Below are positions 18,794-28,620 of a stretch of 64,000 nt of DNA, in pieces; position 1 is the stretch's first letter; each line of letters begins with the position of its first letter. The notes beneath the pieces were generated by a model. It worked only from the letters and a program-made list of their open reading frames with translations, had not been told where the DNA came from and ran no database searches. The DNA is from an uncultured delta proteobacterium. Its GTDB lineage: Bacteria; Myxococcota_A; Polyangia; Polyangiales; Polyangiaceae. The DNA lies in NCBI GenBank assembly GCA_963782055.1, contig CAWAIF010000003.1, positions 3,552,001 to 3,616,000 on the forward strand. The letters are read 5' to 3'. The position numbers and the translations under genes are program-made.

Positions 18794-19654
18794 ATGCGAA
18801 CCACGGCCGTCCTTCTGGGACTCACCCTCGTCCTCGCCGCCGCCCCTGCCCTCGCCGACGACAAGGCCGACTGCGTCCACGCGTCGGAGAAGGCGCAGGC
18901 GCTGGGGGACCAGGGCAAGCTCACGCAGGCTCGCGAACAGCTGCTGGTGTGTGGCCGGGACGTGTGCCCGGGCCCCGTCAAGAAGGACTGCGCCGAGCAG
19001 CTCGACACGGTCACGCGCCGCATCCCGACGGTGGTGGTGCAGGCGAAGGCCCCGTCGGGCAACGACGCCATCGCGGTGACGGTCACGATCGACGGCAAGG
19101 TGGTCGCCACGCAGCTCGACGGCAAGGCCATCCCGCTGGACCCGGGGGTGCACGAGTTCCACTTCGAGATGGTGGGCGCGCCGGCCGTCGACCAGCGCAT
19201 CGTCGTCGCGGAGGGCAAGCAGAACCGCCCCATCGTGGTCACCTTCGGCAGCCACTCCCCGCACGGCGGCGAGACGCCGCACCCCGCGCCTGCCGGCAAG
19301 GGCCTGCCGGTGGTGGGCCTCGTCGTCGGCGGCCTGGGCGTGATCGCCGGGGCGGTCGTCGCCCCCATCTTCTGGACGCTCGGACTGGACGAGAAGAGCG
19401 GCTACGAGAGCGGTCCCGACCAGTGCGCGCCCAACTGCACCAGCGATCAGAAGAGCTCAGTGGAGACCAAGCTGGTGGTGGGCGACATCTTCCTCGGCGT
19501 GGGCGTGGCGGCGGTCATCACCGGCGCGATCATGGTCATCGCCCACTACGCCGGCGGCTCGCCCGCGCCGAAGGCGACCGGCGCGCTCCAGCCCTTCTTC
19601 GATGCCGGGCCGATCCGCGGCGGCGGCTACGCGTCCGCGGGCCTGCACTTCTGA
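18794..19654 (+). CDS. Secreted/membrane hypothetical protein (PEGA-like), partner of the upstream kinase
   Basis: Signal peptide; Cys-containing helical N-domain; LDPGVH beta domain; C-terminal TM hairpin. Confidence 0.6.
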   Translation: MRTTAVLLGLTLVLAAAPALADDKADCVHASEKAQALGDQGKLTQAREQLLVCGRDVCPGPVKKDCAEQLDTVTRRIPTVVVQAKAPSGNDAIAVTVTIDGKVVATQLDGKAIPLDPGVHEFHFEMVGAPAVDQRIVVAEGKQNRPIVVTFGSHSPHGGETPHPAPAGKGLPVVGLVVGGLGVIAGAVVAPIFWTLGLDEKSGYESGPDQCAPNCTSDQKSSVETKLVVGDIFLGVGVAAVITGAIMVIAHYAGGSPAPKATGALQPFFDAGPIRGGGYASAGLHF

Positions 19655-19696
19655 GCGCCCCATGACGCGCGGCGTCCGGCGTGCTACGGGGCGCGC

Positions 19697-21258
<1,562 letters not shown>

Positions 21259-21259
<1 letters not shown>

Positions 21260-21570
21260 TGCGGCGCGCGGCCCTCCTCTTCGCACTCGCCTTGCCGCTC
21301 GGGACCGCCGGGTGCCCGCCGCCGGCGGAGAGCCCCCCGACGGTCTCGCTGCGCATGACCGGCAGCCCGCCGGACGCCCGGGTGATCATCGACGACGAGT
21401 TCGTCGGCCCGCTCGACGTCGTCGTCGCCCGCGGGGTGGCGCTGCCGCCCGGGCAGCATCGCATCTCGGTGGAGGCGCCGGGCTACTTCCCCTTCGACAC
21501 CATCGTGGTCGCCAAGGAGGGGGAGCGCCTGATCCGCGTGCAGGCCAGGCTGATGGCCGTGCCGGAGTGA
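21259..21570 (+). CDS. PEGA-domain lipoprotein
   Basis: TAGC lipobox; PPDARVIIDDEFVG...LPPGQHRISVEAPGY. Confidence 0.7.
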
Positions 21571-21585
21571 TGCTACGCTCGGAGG

Positions 21586-21978
21586 ATGGACTTTCTTCGC
21601 CTGCTCGGCAGCTTCGCCTTCGGCGCGCTCGTGCTCGCCGCGTGCGGTGGCGACACCTTCTCCTCGAGCGCTGACGGCGGCACCGACGACGGCGGCCGCT
21701 GCGACTACACCGACCGGCGCGGGCCCGTCACCAAGGGGTGCACGGGCGACACCAGCTGCGCGGTGGTGATGCACGCCGAGAGCTGCTGTCAGGTTCGCGC
21801 TCTGGGCATCAACCACGCCTTCGTGACCGACTTCAACGCCGCCGAGAAGGCCAGCACCTCCGGCTGCGTGTGCAACACCGGCTGCAACGCCCAGCCGGTG
21901 GACGAGCAGAACATGCCCGGGACGAACTTCGAGGCCAAGTGCGAGAACGGCGTCTGCGTGTCCCGGGTGGTCAACTAG
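21586..21978 (+). CDS. Cys-rich lipoprotein
   Basis: GGAGG RBS; LAAC lipobox; multiple Cys in the mature region. Confidence 0.65.
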   Translation: MDFLRLLGSFAFGALVLAACGGDTFSSSADGGTDDGGRCDYTDRRGPVTKGCTGDTSCAVVMHAESCCQVRALGINHAFVTDFNAAEKASTSGCVCNTGCNAQPVDEQNMPGTNFEAKCENGVCVSRVVN

Positions 21979-22037
21979 CCGGGCCAGGGCGGACGAGCTT
22001 GACGGGCGCGGCGTTTTGGAGCACATATCCCGCCCCC

Positions 22038-22196
22038 ATGTCGAACCGCGCCATCTGGAACGTACGCAAGCGCCACGAGTGGCTCGCCACCCCCCTCAAG
22101 TCCAAGCGCATCAAGCGCGCCACGCGCCTGCGCTGCGGCCTGCAGGACGCCATGGACCGCAAGGCCCTCGTCGCCGCCCGGCACGAGAAGGGCTGA
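22038..22196 (+). CDS. Small, very basic protein (52 aa)
   Basis: MSNRAIWNVRKRHEWLATPLKSKRIKRATRLRCGLQDAMDRKALVAARHEKG; GC-rich third positions; TTGACG box about 35 nt upstream. Confidence 0.6.
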   Translation: MSNRAIWNVRKRHEWLATPLKSKRIKRATRLRCGLQDAMDRKALVAARHEKG

Positions 22197-22199
22197 GCC

Positions 22200-23117
22200 T
22201 CAGTAGCCGCTCTGCGGCTCGGTCCAGCCGTCCGCCATCGCCGCCCAGGACATGGTCACGGTCGAGCGGGCGAACGCGAGCCGTCCCGCCGCGTCCACCA
22301 GGATGAGCCCGCCCGGGCTGCCGGTGCGGTCGAGCATCATCTGGATGGCCGCGCGCGCCGCCTCCTCGGGGTGCAGCGCCTGGCGCATCCACTCCACCGC
22401 GGCCTTGCCGAGACACACGCGCATGATGGCCTCCCCCACGCCCGTCGCCGACACCGCGCCGGCCTGGTCGTCGGCGTAGGTCCCCGCGCCGAGCACCGGG
22501 GTGTCGCCCACACGGCCCGCGCGCTTGAAGAAGGTGCCGCCGGTGCTGGTGGCCGACGCGACCCCGCCGCGCGCGTCTCGCGCCACCGCCCCCACCGTGC
22601 CGCCCGCCCAGCCGTGGGCTGGGGCGTCCCTGTCGCGCTCGAAGCGCTCGCGCACGCGCGGGGGGATCATCGCCGCCTCGTCGGCGCGCACGAAGCCGTG
22701 CTCCAGGGCGAAGCGCTCCGCGCCCTGCCCCGCGTAGAGGACGTGGGCGCCGTCGTCCAGCGCCGCCCGCGCGATGGTGATGGGATGGAGAAAGGGCGGG
22801 AGCGCGCACACCGCCCCCGCGCGCAGTCCCGTACCCTCCATCACCGCGGCGTCCAGCTCGACGTGGCCGTCGCGCGTGAGGGCCGCGCCGGTGCCGGCGT
22901 TGAAGCGCGGATCGTCCTCCAGCACCTCCACCGCGCGCTGGGCCGCGTCGAGCGCGCTCCCGCCGCGGGCGAGCAGCTCACCCCCGGCGCGCACGGCGGC
23001 GGCGCACCCCCCGGCATGCAGCACGCGCGAGGCCTCCGGCACGTTGCCCGCCCCGCCGTGCACGAGGATGGACCAGCCGGTGACCTCCAAGCCGCGCGAG
23101 GCGGTCAGCTTGTCCAT
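22200..23117 (-). CDS. iaaA: Isoaspartyl peptidase / L-asparaginase (Ntn hydrolase)
   Basis: VHGGAG, LEDDPRFNAG, ELDAAVM, GTVGAVARD, STGG, GRVGDTP, ATGVGE. Confidence 0.85.
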   Translation of the reverse strand: MDKLTASRGLEVTGWSILVHGGAGNVPEASRVLHAGGCAAAVRAGGELLARGGSALDAAQRAVEVLEDDPRFNAGTGAALTRDGHVELDAAVMEGTGLRAGAVCALPPFLHPITIARAALDDGAHVLYAGQGAERFALEHGFVRADEAAMIPPRVRERFERDRDAPAHGWAGGTVGAVARDARGGVASATSTGGTFFKRAGRVGDTPVLGAGTYADDQAGAVSATGVGEAIMRVCLGKAAVEWMRQALHPEEAARAAIQMMLDRTGSPGGLILVDAAGRLAFARSTVTMSWAAMADGWTEPQSGY

Positions 23118-23851
23118 GCCGGAGCACGATAGCGAATCGCCGCGACGCCGAGGAGCGCAAGCAGCGGCAGCGTGGCGAGCCAGGCCGGGGCGCCGCCCGC
23201 GGCGGCGGCGTGCAGGAGCACGATGCAGGCGCCAGCGGCGAGCCCGGCGGCCCCGATCGCCCGGCCCGCCCTCTCGAAGGCGGCGCGGGCGCCGAGCGCC
23301 GGCAGGGCGAGCGCGGCGAGCGCGACGACGAGCGCCGCCGAGGCGCGCCCCCCGGCAGGCAGCGGGGCCGACGGGATCGCCGCCGCCGCGACGCGCGAGA
23401 GCGTGCCGTCCTCGTCGATCCGCACGCCGCGCGAGCGGTCCACGAAGCCGGCGTCCTGCGCGACGACGTCGTCGGAGACGACACGCGGGAAGAAGGTGCT
23501 CACGTCCGCGCCGGACGGCACCGCGAGCACCGCCGCCGCGATCATGCCCGCGCACGCCCCGCCCGCCACCGCCGCTTGCGCGTTCTGGGCGAAGCTGCGG
23601 CCGATCGCGGCGAGGGCGAGCAGCTCGCCGCGACGCGCCGCCGTGCGCAGGGTCACGTACGTCGCCACCGCACCGCAGAGCGGGAGCACCGGCACCGCGC
23701 GCGCCACGCGCGTCGCCCACGCCACCCCCCCCTCGTCGGTCGCCCCGGAGGCCAGGCACGTCACCACGAAGAGCGCGGCCGCGAGTCCCAGCGCGCGGGC
23801 GAAGACGCGCACGTCCCACGCGGTGAGGACCGGGGCGGCGCGCGCGGGCAT
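23105..23851 (-). CDS. Hypothetical membrane protein, possibly LptF/LptG-related
   Basis: Several TM helices; RRGELLALAAIG resembles the LptF/G E-x-x-A-x-x-A-x-G motif. Confidence 0.45.
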   Translation of the reverse strand: MPARAAPVLTAWDVRVFARALGLAAALFVVTCLASGATDEGGVAWATRVARAVPVLPLCGAVATYVTLRTAARRGELLALAAIGRSFAQNAQAAVAGGACAGMIAAAVLAVPSGADVSTFFPRVVSDDVVAQDAGFVDRSRGVRIDEDGTLSRVAAAAIPSAPLPAGGRASAALVVALAALALPALGARAAFERAGRAIGAAGLAAGACIVLLHAAAAGGAPAWLATLPLLALLGVAAIRYRAPAWTS

Positions 23852-24243
23852 GGCCCAGGATGCCGCGTTTCGCGGGGGCTTGGGTAGCGGTTCCAGCTCA
23901 GCCGGTCGCGGGCGGCCCTTTCAGGTTGTCGCGGGACGGTCGTCGGTGTGCAGGATGGCACCCGGACCGTCGCTCCGAAGCTCTCCGCCCGCCTCGTGGC
24001 GCGGGCTCCGGGTCGTGTTACATTCGAAGCATGACGCCGAGCGCGGGCAGCTGCGAACCAGCTCCCGGAATGGTCCGGCAGGGAGATTGCCTCGTCGAGC
24101 TCCGGCTCGAAGGCGCACCTCCACGCGCGCGCGGCGACGGCAAGGCGCGGGCTCCCAACCCGCGGCCCATGAAGGAAACGCTCGTGGAGGCGGTCGCGAT
24201 CTTCGAGGCCGACCCCCGAGTGCCGGCGCGTCCGGAGGAGGTA

Positions 24244-24249
24244 TACAAT
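24244..24249 (+). promoter_or_regulatory. Probable -10 box (TACAAT) of the ncRNA candidate
   Basis: Near-consensus TACAAT in a locally AT-rich patch about 12 nt before the structured region; -35 is weak. Confidence 0.5.
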
Positions 24250-24260
24250 CATGCATAGTA

Positions 24261-24501
24261 CCCGTGGCCCCAACCTGGATGGGCTGACGCCGTAGCTCGT
24301 GTGCGTGTCCGGTTCGCGTCCCTCTCGAGAGGGCGCGAGACCTCCCTCCGTGTGAACGAAGGTGGTCGAGCGGTCCGCAGAGCGCGGACCCTCTCGGACG
24401 TGCGTACGGCCCCGGGGTTCCATGAGGTTGCCGGGCACCGAGCCCGGCGTTCGGCCTCATGCAACCGGGTGGCCTGGTCGGCTTCCAGTTAGGTGGCCGG
24501 G
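24261..24501 (+). ncRNA. Unassigned multi-branched structured RNA candidate
   Basis: 5' and 3' ends are complementary; nested helices with G-U pairs favouring the + strand; GUGA GNRA tetraloop; upstream -10 and downstream terminator. Confidence 0.55.
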
Positions 24502-24543
24502 ATGGCCCGGGTGGCGCTCGTCACCCGGGCCATTCTTTATTTT
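24502..24543 (+). terminator. Intrinsic terminator
   Basis: ATGGCCCGGGTGGC-GCTC-GTCACCCGGGCCAT hairpin followed by TCTTTATTTT. Confidence 0.75.
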
Positions 24544-25891
24544 GTGGCGGGCGAGGGGGCGCCGAAGTACCCCTAGCGTTGCTCTGCGGGACTAACTCAG
24601 TTGGTAGAGTGCCAGCTTCCCAAGCTGGATGTCGCGGGTTCGAATCCCGTGTCCCGCTCATAGTTTCATGTACTTGGGCGCCGTTCGGACGTTTCCCGGA
24701 CGATTCGTTTCCGCCACCTCCCGCACCGCCAGCGTCGGGCGCGATGAGCGATGCCGGCAGCGGGCCGAAGGGCTGGCCAACGTCGCCGTGCCCCACCGCT
24801 TCCGCTTCGGCGATGTAGCGCTGCGTGGTCGCCGTGTCCGCGTGTCCGAGTCGCGTTTGGATCTGCAGCTCGCGCGCGCCCCCAATCGCAAGCCACGTTG
24901 CGAACGTGTGGCGCAGGTCGTGGAAGCTCAGGGGGCGCCGGTGCTCGTCGGCGGCGTGTAGCTCCTGGCGCGTCACCTTGGCGAGCTCCAGGTGCTCGCG
25001 CATCCGGCCGGCGCGGGTCGCTGTCTTCTCGTTCGCAGGCGTCTCGAGCAACGTCGCTTCCGCGTCGCGCCCTTCGACGAGCGCCTCGAGCAGCGGAAGG
25101 AGGTTCGGCTCGATGGGGACGCGGCGAGCCTTCCGCCCCTTGGTGCTCTTGGTGCCCCCCGTCGCCCGATCGTGGGCGTGGTGCACGCTGATGTAGCCAC
25201 CGTCCAGGACGACGGCGCCGACGCGCAGCACGGCGAGCTCGCCCCGGCGTAGGCCAGTGTAGAGCGCCAGCGCGTAGAGCACGCGGGCCGATCGCGGCAC
25301 GTCTTCGCAGGCCAGGAGCTTCGCGGCCTCACGAGGGAACAGGTAGGCCGACTGCCGCTCTTCCCCAGCGTCCGGGCCTCGCACGCCGTCGACGGGGTTG
25401 CGCTCGAGCACGCGCAGCTCGAGCCGCTTGGAGTGCGTCGCATCGTCGAACATCTTCGAGAGGGTGCCGAAGACGTTGGCGGCCGTCTTCGCGGCGATCT
25501 CCCCTGCCCTGACTCGTTCGTCGAGGCGAGCCACGACGCGTTCCACGTCCTCGCGCGACACCGCCGTCATGACCAGATCCCGCATGATCGGCAGGATGTG
25601 GAATCGCAGGTGCGCGCTCGCGTCCTTGGGATCGCGCCGAGTCTTGAGCCACTTTTCGGTCCACACGTCGACGGTGTTCCCCGTCAGGGCCCCCCGCTTC
25701 GGCTCCGGGAGCTTCTCCCAGCCTTCCGCTTCCGCCTGCCTCGTGAGCCGCACCGCTTCGGCCCGCGCGTCCTGCTCGGACACGCCCACGGACAAGCACA
25801 CGCTGTTGCCGCGCGAGCCGTCCGGCAACGTGACGCGTATGTCCCAGTGGTTCCCGTGCCAGAAGGCGGAGCCCGTGCGGGTGCGCGGCAT
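24521..25891 (-). CDS. Tyrosine recombinase (integrase); integrated-state form reading through attL and antisense to tRNA-Gly
   Basis: YTGLRRGEL, STKGRK, FHDLRHTFA, RLGH, TTQRY catalytic motifs. Confidence 0.92.
   Translation of the reverse strand: MPRTRTGSAFWHGNHWDIRVTLPDGSRGNSVCLSVGVSEQDARAEAVRLTRQAEAEGWEKLPEPKRGALTGNTVDVWTEKWLKTRRDPKDASAHLRFHILPIMRDLVMTAVSREDVERVVARLDERVRAGEIAAKTAANVFGTLSKMFDDATHSKRLELRVLERNPVDGVRGPDAGEERQSAYLFPREAAKLLACEDVPRSARVLYALALYTGLRRGELAVLRVGAVVLDGGYISVHHAHDRATGGTKSTKGRKARRVPIEPNLLPLLEALVEGRDAEATLLETPANEKTATRAGRMREHLELAKVTRQELHAADEHRRPLSFHDLRHTFATWLAIGGARELQIQTRLGHADTATTQRYIAEAEAVGHGDVGQPFGPLPASLIAPDAGGAGGGGNESSGKRPNGAQVHETMSGTRDSNPRHPAWEAGTLPTELVPQSNARGTSAPPRPPQNKEWPG
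24586..24658 (+). tRNA. tRNA-Gly (anticodon CCC); CCA not encoded
   Basis: GCGGGAC/GTCCCGC acceptor stem; ACTC-AGTTGGTA-GAGT D arm; CCAGC-TTCCCAA-GCTGG anticodon arm; GCGGG-TTCGAAT-CCCGT T arm. Confidence 0.97.
24639..24659 (+). repeat. attL core (21 bp, 3' end of tRNA-Gly)
   Basis: TTCGAATCCCGTGTCCCGCTC, identical at 35059..35079. Confidence 0.92.
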
Positions 25892-25894
25892 GGC

Positions 25895-26173
25895 CTACGC
25901 CTTCCCTTCCGCCGCCGCGTGCGGCTCGCCTTGGTGGGCGGCGCACTCGGCGCACCGGCCCGCGTCGTCACTCTCGCTAGCGTGCGTGGCGGCGCCGCAG
26001 CCGGGGCAGCGGTCCAGGTCGAAGGTGCGCCCGCTCGCCACGTCCTCGCGGAGTGAGGCAAGCAAGACGCGCATCGGCGCCAGCGCGGGCGCCTCGGCCA
26101 GCGCGGCGATCGTCGCGTCAAGGACGGCCAGCACCCGAGCGCGCTCCTGACGCACGGCCTCGCGGGCGTTCAC
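25895..26173 (-). CDS. Hypothetical protein with CxxC...CxxC zinc-finger-like motif
   Basis: CPGCG...CAEC; GTGA-coupled to the upstream RHH ORF and directly before int. Confidence 0.55.
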   Translation of the reverse strand: MNAREAVRQERARVLAVLDATIAALAEAPALAPMRVLLASLREDVASGRTFDLDRCPGCGAATHASESDDAGRCAECAAHQGEPHAAAEGKA

Positions 26174-26367
26174 TTCCGCCCCCGGCGCTTCGCGGGCTTC
26201 GCCGTGGGCTCCACCACGATTCCGAGCGCGCGGGCCTCACGCGCGACAAGCGAGCGAATGAGCCCCGCGGCGCTCAGGCTGGACGCATCGGCCACGGCGT
26301 CGAGCTTGGCGCGGTCGAGCGGCGAAAGGCGGATCTGGAACGTGGTCTCTTTCAGGTTCGGGTCCAT
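26170..26367 (-). CDS. Ribbon-helix-helix (CopG-like) DNA-binding protein, 65 aa
   Basis: AGGAGA RBS before ATG at 26367; TTFQIRLSPLDRAKLDAVA...LSAAGLIRSLV pattern. Confidence 0.65.
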   Translation of the reverse strand: MDPNLKETTFQIRLSPLDRAKLDAVADASSLSAAGLIRSLVAREARALGIVVEPTAKPAKRRGRK

Positions 26368-26628
26368 GGTGATTCTCCTACCTGAGACTGTACGTACATT
26401 CTCAGAAGAGTCAAGCCCCCCAAGCAGATCCCCCACCTCCACGCCCAGCGCCGAGGCGATGCGGGCGAGCCATTCGGCCGATGCGGCAACCTCGCCACGG
26501 CACACCCGGTAAAGCTGCGCGGTGCCCACGTTCGCCTTCGTGGCGAGCCGAAAAAGGCTCATGCCTCGCGCCTCCGCAAGTGCCCGGATGTTCCGCGCAA
26601 TTCGTTCCCGCATGCCTTGTCCGTCCAC
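26170..26628 (-). CDS. XRE-family HTH regulator, in frame with the RHH ORF with no stop between them
   Basis: IARNIRALAEARGMSLFRLATKANVGTAQLYRVCRG...WLARIASALGVEVGDLL. Confidence 0.65.
   Translation of the reverse strand: MDGQGMRERIARNIRALAEARGMSLFRLATKANVGTAQLYRVCRGEVAASAEWLARIASALGVEVGDLLGGLDSSENVRTVSGRRITMDPNLKETTFQIRLSPLDRAKLDAVADASSLSAAGLIRSLVAREARALGIVVEPTAKPAKRRGRK
26382..26405. promoter_or_regulatory. 24-bp operator-like palindrome overlapping a minus-strand sigma70-type promoter
   Basis: CTGAGA-c-TGTACGTACA-t-TCTCAG; on the minus strand TTGACT-N16-TACAGT then AGGAGA and ATG. Confidence 0.65.
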
Positions 26629-26750
26629 GCCCGAACGCTACCGCCCCTTGTCCGGCGGTTGTGGATGGTCGTACAAGATCACATAGGCTCGAAACGAAAC
26701 GGCCCGGCGAGGCGCAAACCTCCCGGGCCAGGCCACCAAGGAGATTACCC

Positions 26751-27083
26751 ATGGCGACGACAAGCAATGTGGACGTAGTGCGAGCGCTCGGCAAGCTGGA
26801 CGACGCGATCATCGACGGCAAGCGGCTCCTGCGGGCCGAACGCATCGGGCAGCTACGAGCCCTCGCGTACGAGGCGGTGGGCATGGCTCGCCACGACACG
26901 CGCACCGGCGAGGGCGTAGGCCCCGACGATGCGGACGTGGTGTTTTTGATGTACGGCCCCGAAGGGCTGGACATGGTGGAGCGCGACGTGTTCATCAGGC
27001 ACGCCAGGGCGGCGCTGGCGCCCCCGGTGCCCCTGTCCCCCTGCGACGTGGCCCGCGTCGCCCTGCGCCGGGTGCCGCGATGA
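26751..27083 (+). CDS. Hypothetical protein (110 aa), divergent cassette gene 1
   Basis: AAGGAG RBS before ATG at 26751; ATGA-coupled to the next ORF. Confidence 0.6.
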   Translation: MATTSNVDVVRALGKLDDAIIDGKRLLRAERIGQLRALAYEAVGMARHDTRTGEGVGPDDADVVFLMYGPEGLDMVERDVFIRHARAALAPPVPLSPCDVARVALRRVPR

Positions 27084-27316
27084 TCGGCTACGAGGCGGCG
27101 GGCTCGGTCTGCGGATCATGTGGCCACCACCACCGGACGATCGCCACGGCGTACGCCTGCGCGGACGCGCACGGGCGGGCCATCGGGCGCGCCTACCCGA
27201 GCACGTTCCCCACGCGGGCGTACAGCGATCGGGTCGTCTGCCGTCTAGACGGCGAGCCGCTGTCGGAAGCGGAGCAGGACGAGCTTGTGCAGGCGGCCGA
27301 AGCCGCGGACGAGTAG
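27080..27316 (+). CDS. Hypothetical Cys/His-rich protein (78 aa), divergent cassette gene 2
   Basis: GSVCGSCGHHHRT...C motif; followed by a hairpin. Confidence 0.55.
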   Translation: MIGYEAAGSVCGSCGHHHRTIATAYACADAHGRAIGRAYPSTFPTRAYSDRVVCRLDGEPLSEAEQDELVQAAEAADE

Positions 27317-27323
27317 CACCGCA

Positions 27324-27674
27324 TCACCTCGCAGTACGAGAGGGCTCCGCGGCTTCGGCTGCGGGGCCCTTCGCTTTGGCCCGCAGCTCCCGCACCTCTT
27401 GAAGCAGCTCGGTGCATCGCGCCTGCGTGCGCGCGAGGGCGTCGGCCACCGCGGACCGCTCCCCGGCGAGCTTGCCGATCGCGTCGTACACCAGCGCGTC
27501 AAGCATCTCGGCGCGAAGCTCCGCGGTCCAGGCGCGCGCGTCCTGCGCGATGCGGAGCTCCCCGTACTGGCGCCGCCCGGTCGCGAGCCGATCCGCAATC
27601 ATGCAGAGTACACGCACCTCGTCCGGGCCCAGCGTCGCCACGATGGCGCCCAGGCGATCCGCAGGGCTCACCAC
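27324..27674 (-). CDS. Hypothetical phage-type protein, possibly an all-alpha NTP pyrophosphatase
   Basis: RLATGRRQYGEL...AEMLDALVY followed by a coiled coil. Confidence 0.5.
   Translation of the reverse strand: MVSPADRLGAIVATLGPDEVRVLCMIADRLATGRRQYGELRIAQDARAWTAELRAEMLDALVYDAIGKLAGERSAVADALARTQARCTELLQEVRELRAKAKGPAAEAAEPSRTAR
27341..27377 (+). terminator. Terminator-like hairpin with C(UUCG)G loop
   Basis: AGGGCTCCGCGGC-TTCG-GCTGCGGGGCCCT then TCGCTTT. Confidence 0.6.
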
Positions 27675-27910
27675 GGGGACTCGTCCTCGCGCTGCCTCTG
27701 GAAGTAGTCCGGCGAGTGCGGCTTCGCGATGTCATGAGCCGCGGCAAGGCGCCCGGCCTCGTCCAGCCGCAGCGTGGGCATGTCGCGCGGGCGCTCGGGG
27801 CTTGGCGCGCCCGCGTCGCGCGGGACGATCGTCCCGTCATCGATCAACGCGGCGCGGAGCTCGCGCGCGAAGGCCCGCCGTGCGCTGGAGTGCGTCGTCA
27901 GATCACCCAT
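27668..27910 (-). CDS. Hypothetical protein (80 aa)
   Basis: GGAGG RBS before ATG (MGDLTTHS); stop overlaps the next start. Confidence 0.5.
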   Translation of the reverse strand: MGDLTTHSSARRAFARELRAALIDDGTIVPRDAGAPSPERPRDMPTLRLDEAGRLAAAHDIAKPHSPDYFQRQREDESPW

Positions 27911-28182
27911 GCTTTGCCTCCGCGCACGCGCACCGTCACGCGCTCGCCCTGGAGCATGCCTCGCCGGTGCACCATGACGAACCGGCCGTGCCCCAGCCGA
28001 ACCGTGGCGGTGCCGTCGTCGCAGTGCACGACCGTGCCGTCGAGCGCAGAAAGCGGCGGGTGGGCGCGCCGATCGAGGGGAGGCCTTCCCCTCTCCGGCG
28101 CCGCGAGGGGAGCCAACCCTCGCGCACGCGGGTGGATAGTCCGCGCGGCCCGAGACGATGCGACGGGATGGCGCCGCCGCAT
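27898..28182 (-). CDS. Hypothetical protein with beta-rich (OB-like) C-terminus; start and frame uncertain
   Basis: LDGTVVHCDDGTATVRLG...GERVTVRV; a competing ATG at 28198 lies in another frame. Confidence 0.3.
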   Translation of the reverse strand: MRRRHPVASSRAARTIHPRARGLAPLAAPERGRPPLDRRAHPPLSALDGTVVHCDDGTATVRLGHGRFVMVHRRGMLQGERVTVRVRGGKAWVI

Positions 28183-28194
28183 CGCCTATGTCCT

Positions 28195-28620
28195 TCATGG
28201 CGCCGCCCGCCACAGGTCGGCGGGCGCGGCCTCTTCCGGTGCGGGGCGGACCATGGTGGCCACCTCGTACTTCGCGATCGTAGTCGCGACCGGGAGCAGG
28301 ATCAGCGCCCACCGATGCGTCCAGGGAAGGGGGCCGAAGTCGGGGGCGTCCCGGGCGATGATCGCTTCGACGTTCCCGCGCATCGTGCGCCCGGCGATCT
28401 CCGCGCCCCCGTCGTCGTCGCCCGGCCACATGACCACCGTGTCATCCACCCGCGAGAGGAAGGCATCGCGGTCCGCAAAGGCGACATGGCACGCACGGAA
28501 GACCATGTGCTCGTCCACGGTCGCGCCGCCCAGGGCGACGAAGTGATCGGTGGGGCAGTCGGCGAGCCCGGCGCGCAGCGCATCGATCAGCGCGTCGACC
28601 GTGGCGTCGCCGGTGCTCAC
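28195..28620 (-). CDS. Hypothetical protein
   Basis: GTGA-coupled to the upstream ORF in the element's long operon. Confidence 0.55.
   Translation of the reverse strand: MSTGDATVDALIDALRAGLADCPTDHFVALGGATVDEHMVFRACHVAFADRDAFLSRVDDTVVMWPGDDDGGAEIAGRTMRGNVEAIIARDAPDFGPLPWTHRWALILLPVATTIAKYEVATMVRPAPEEAAPADLWRAAP

Noticed and set aside
23860..24258. 132-aa ORF in the intergenic region before the ncRNA candidate
   Set aside because: No recognisable motif or RBS, atypical codon usage, and it overlaps the predicted promoter
24261..24501. ncRNA as a retron msr-msd, SRP RNA, 6S RNA or riboswitch
   Set aside because: No reverse transcriptase in the window, no SRP helix-8 signature, no 6S central bubble, and a terminator plus tRNA follow rather than a CDS
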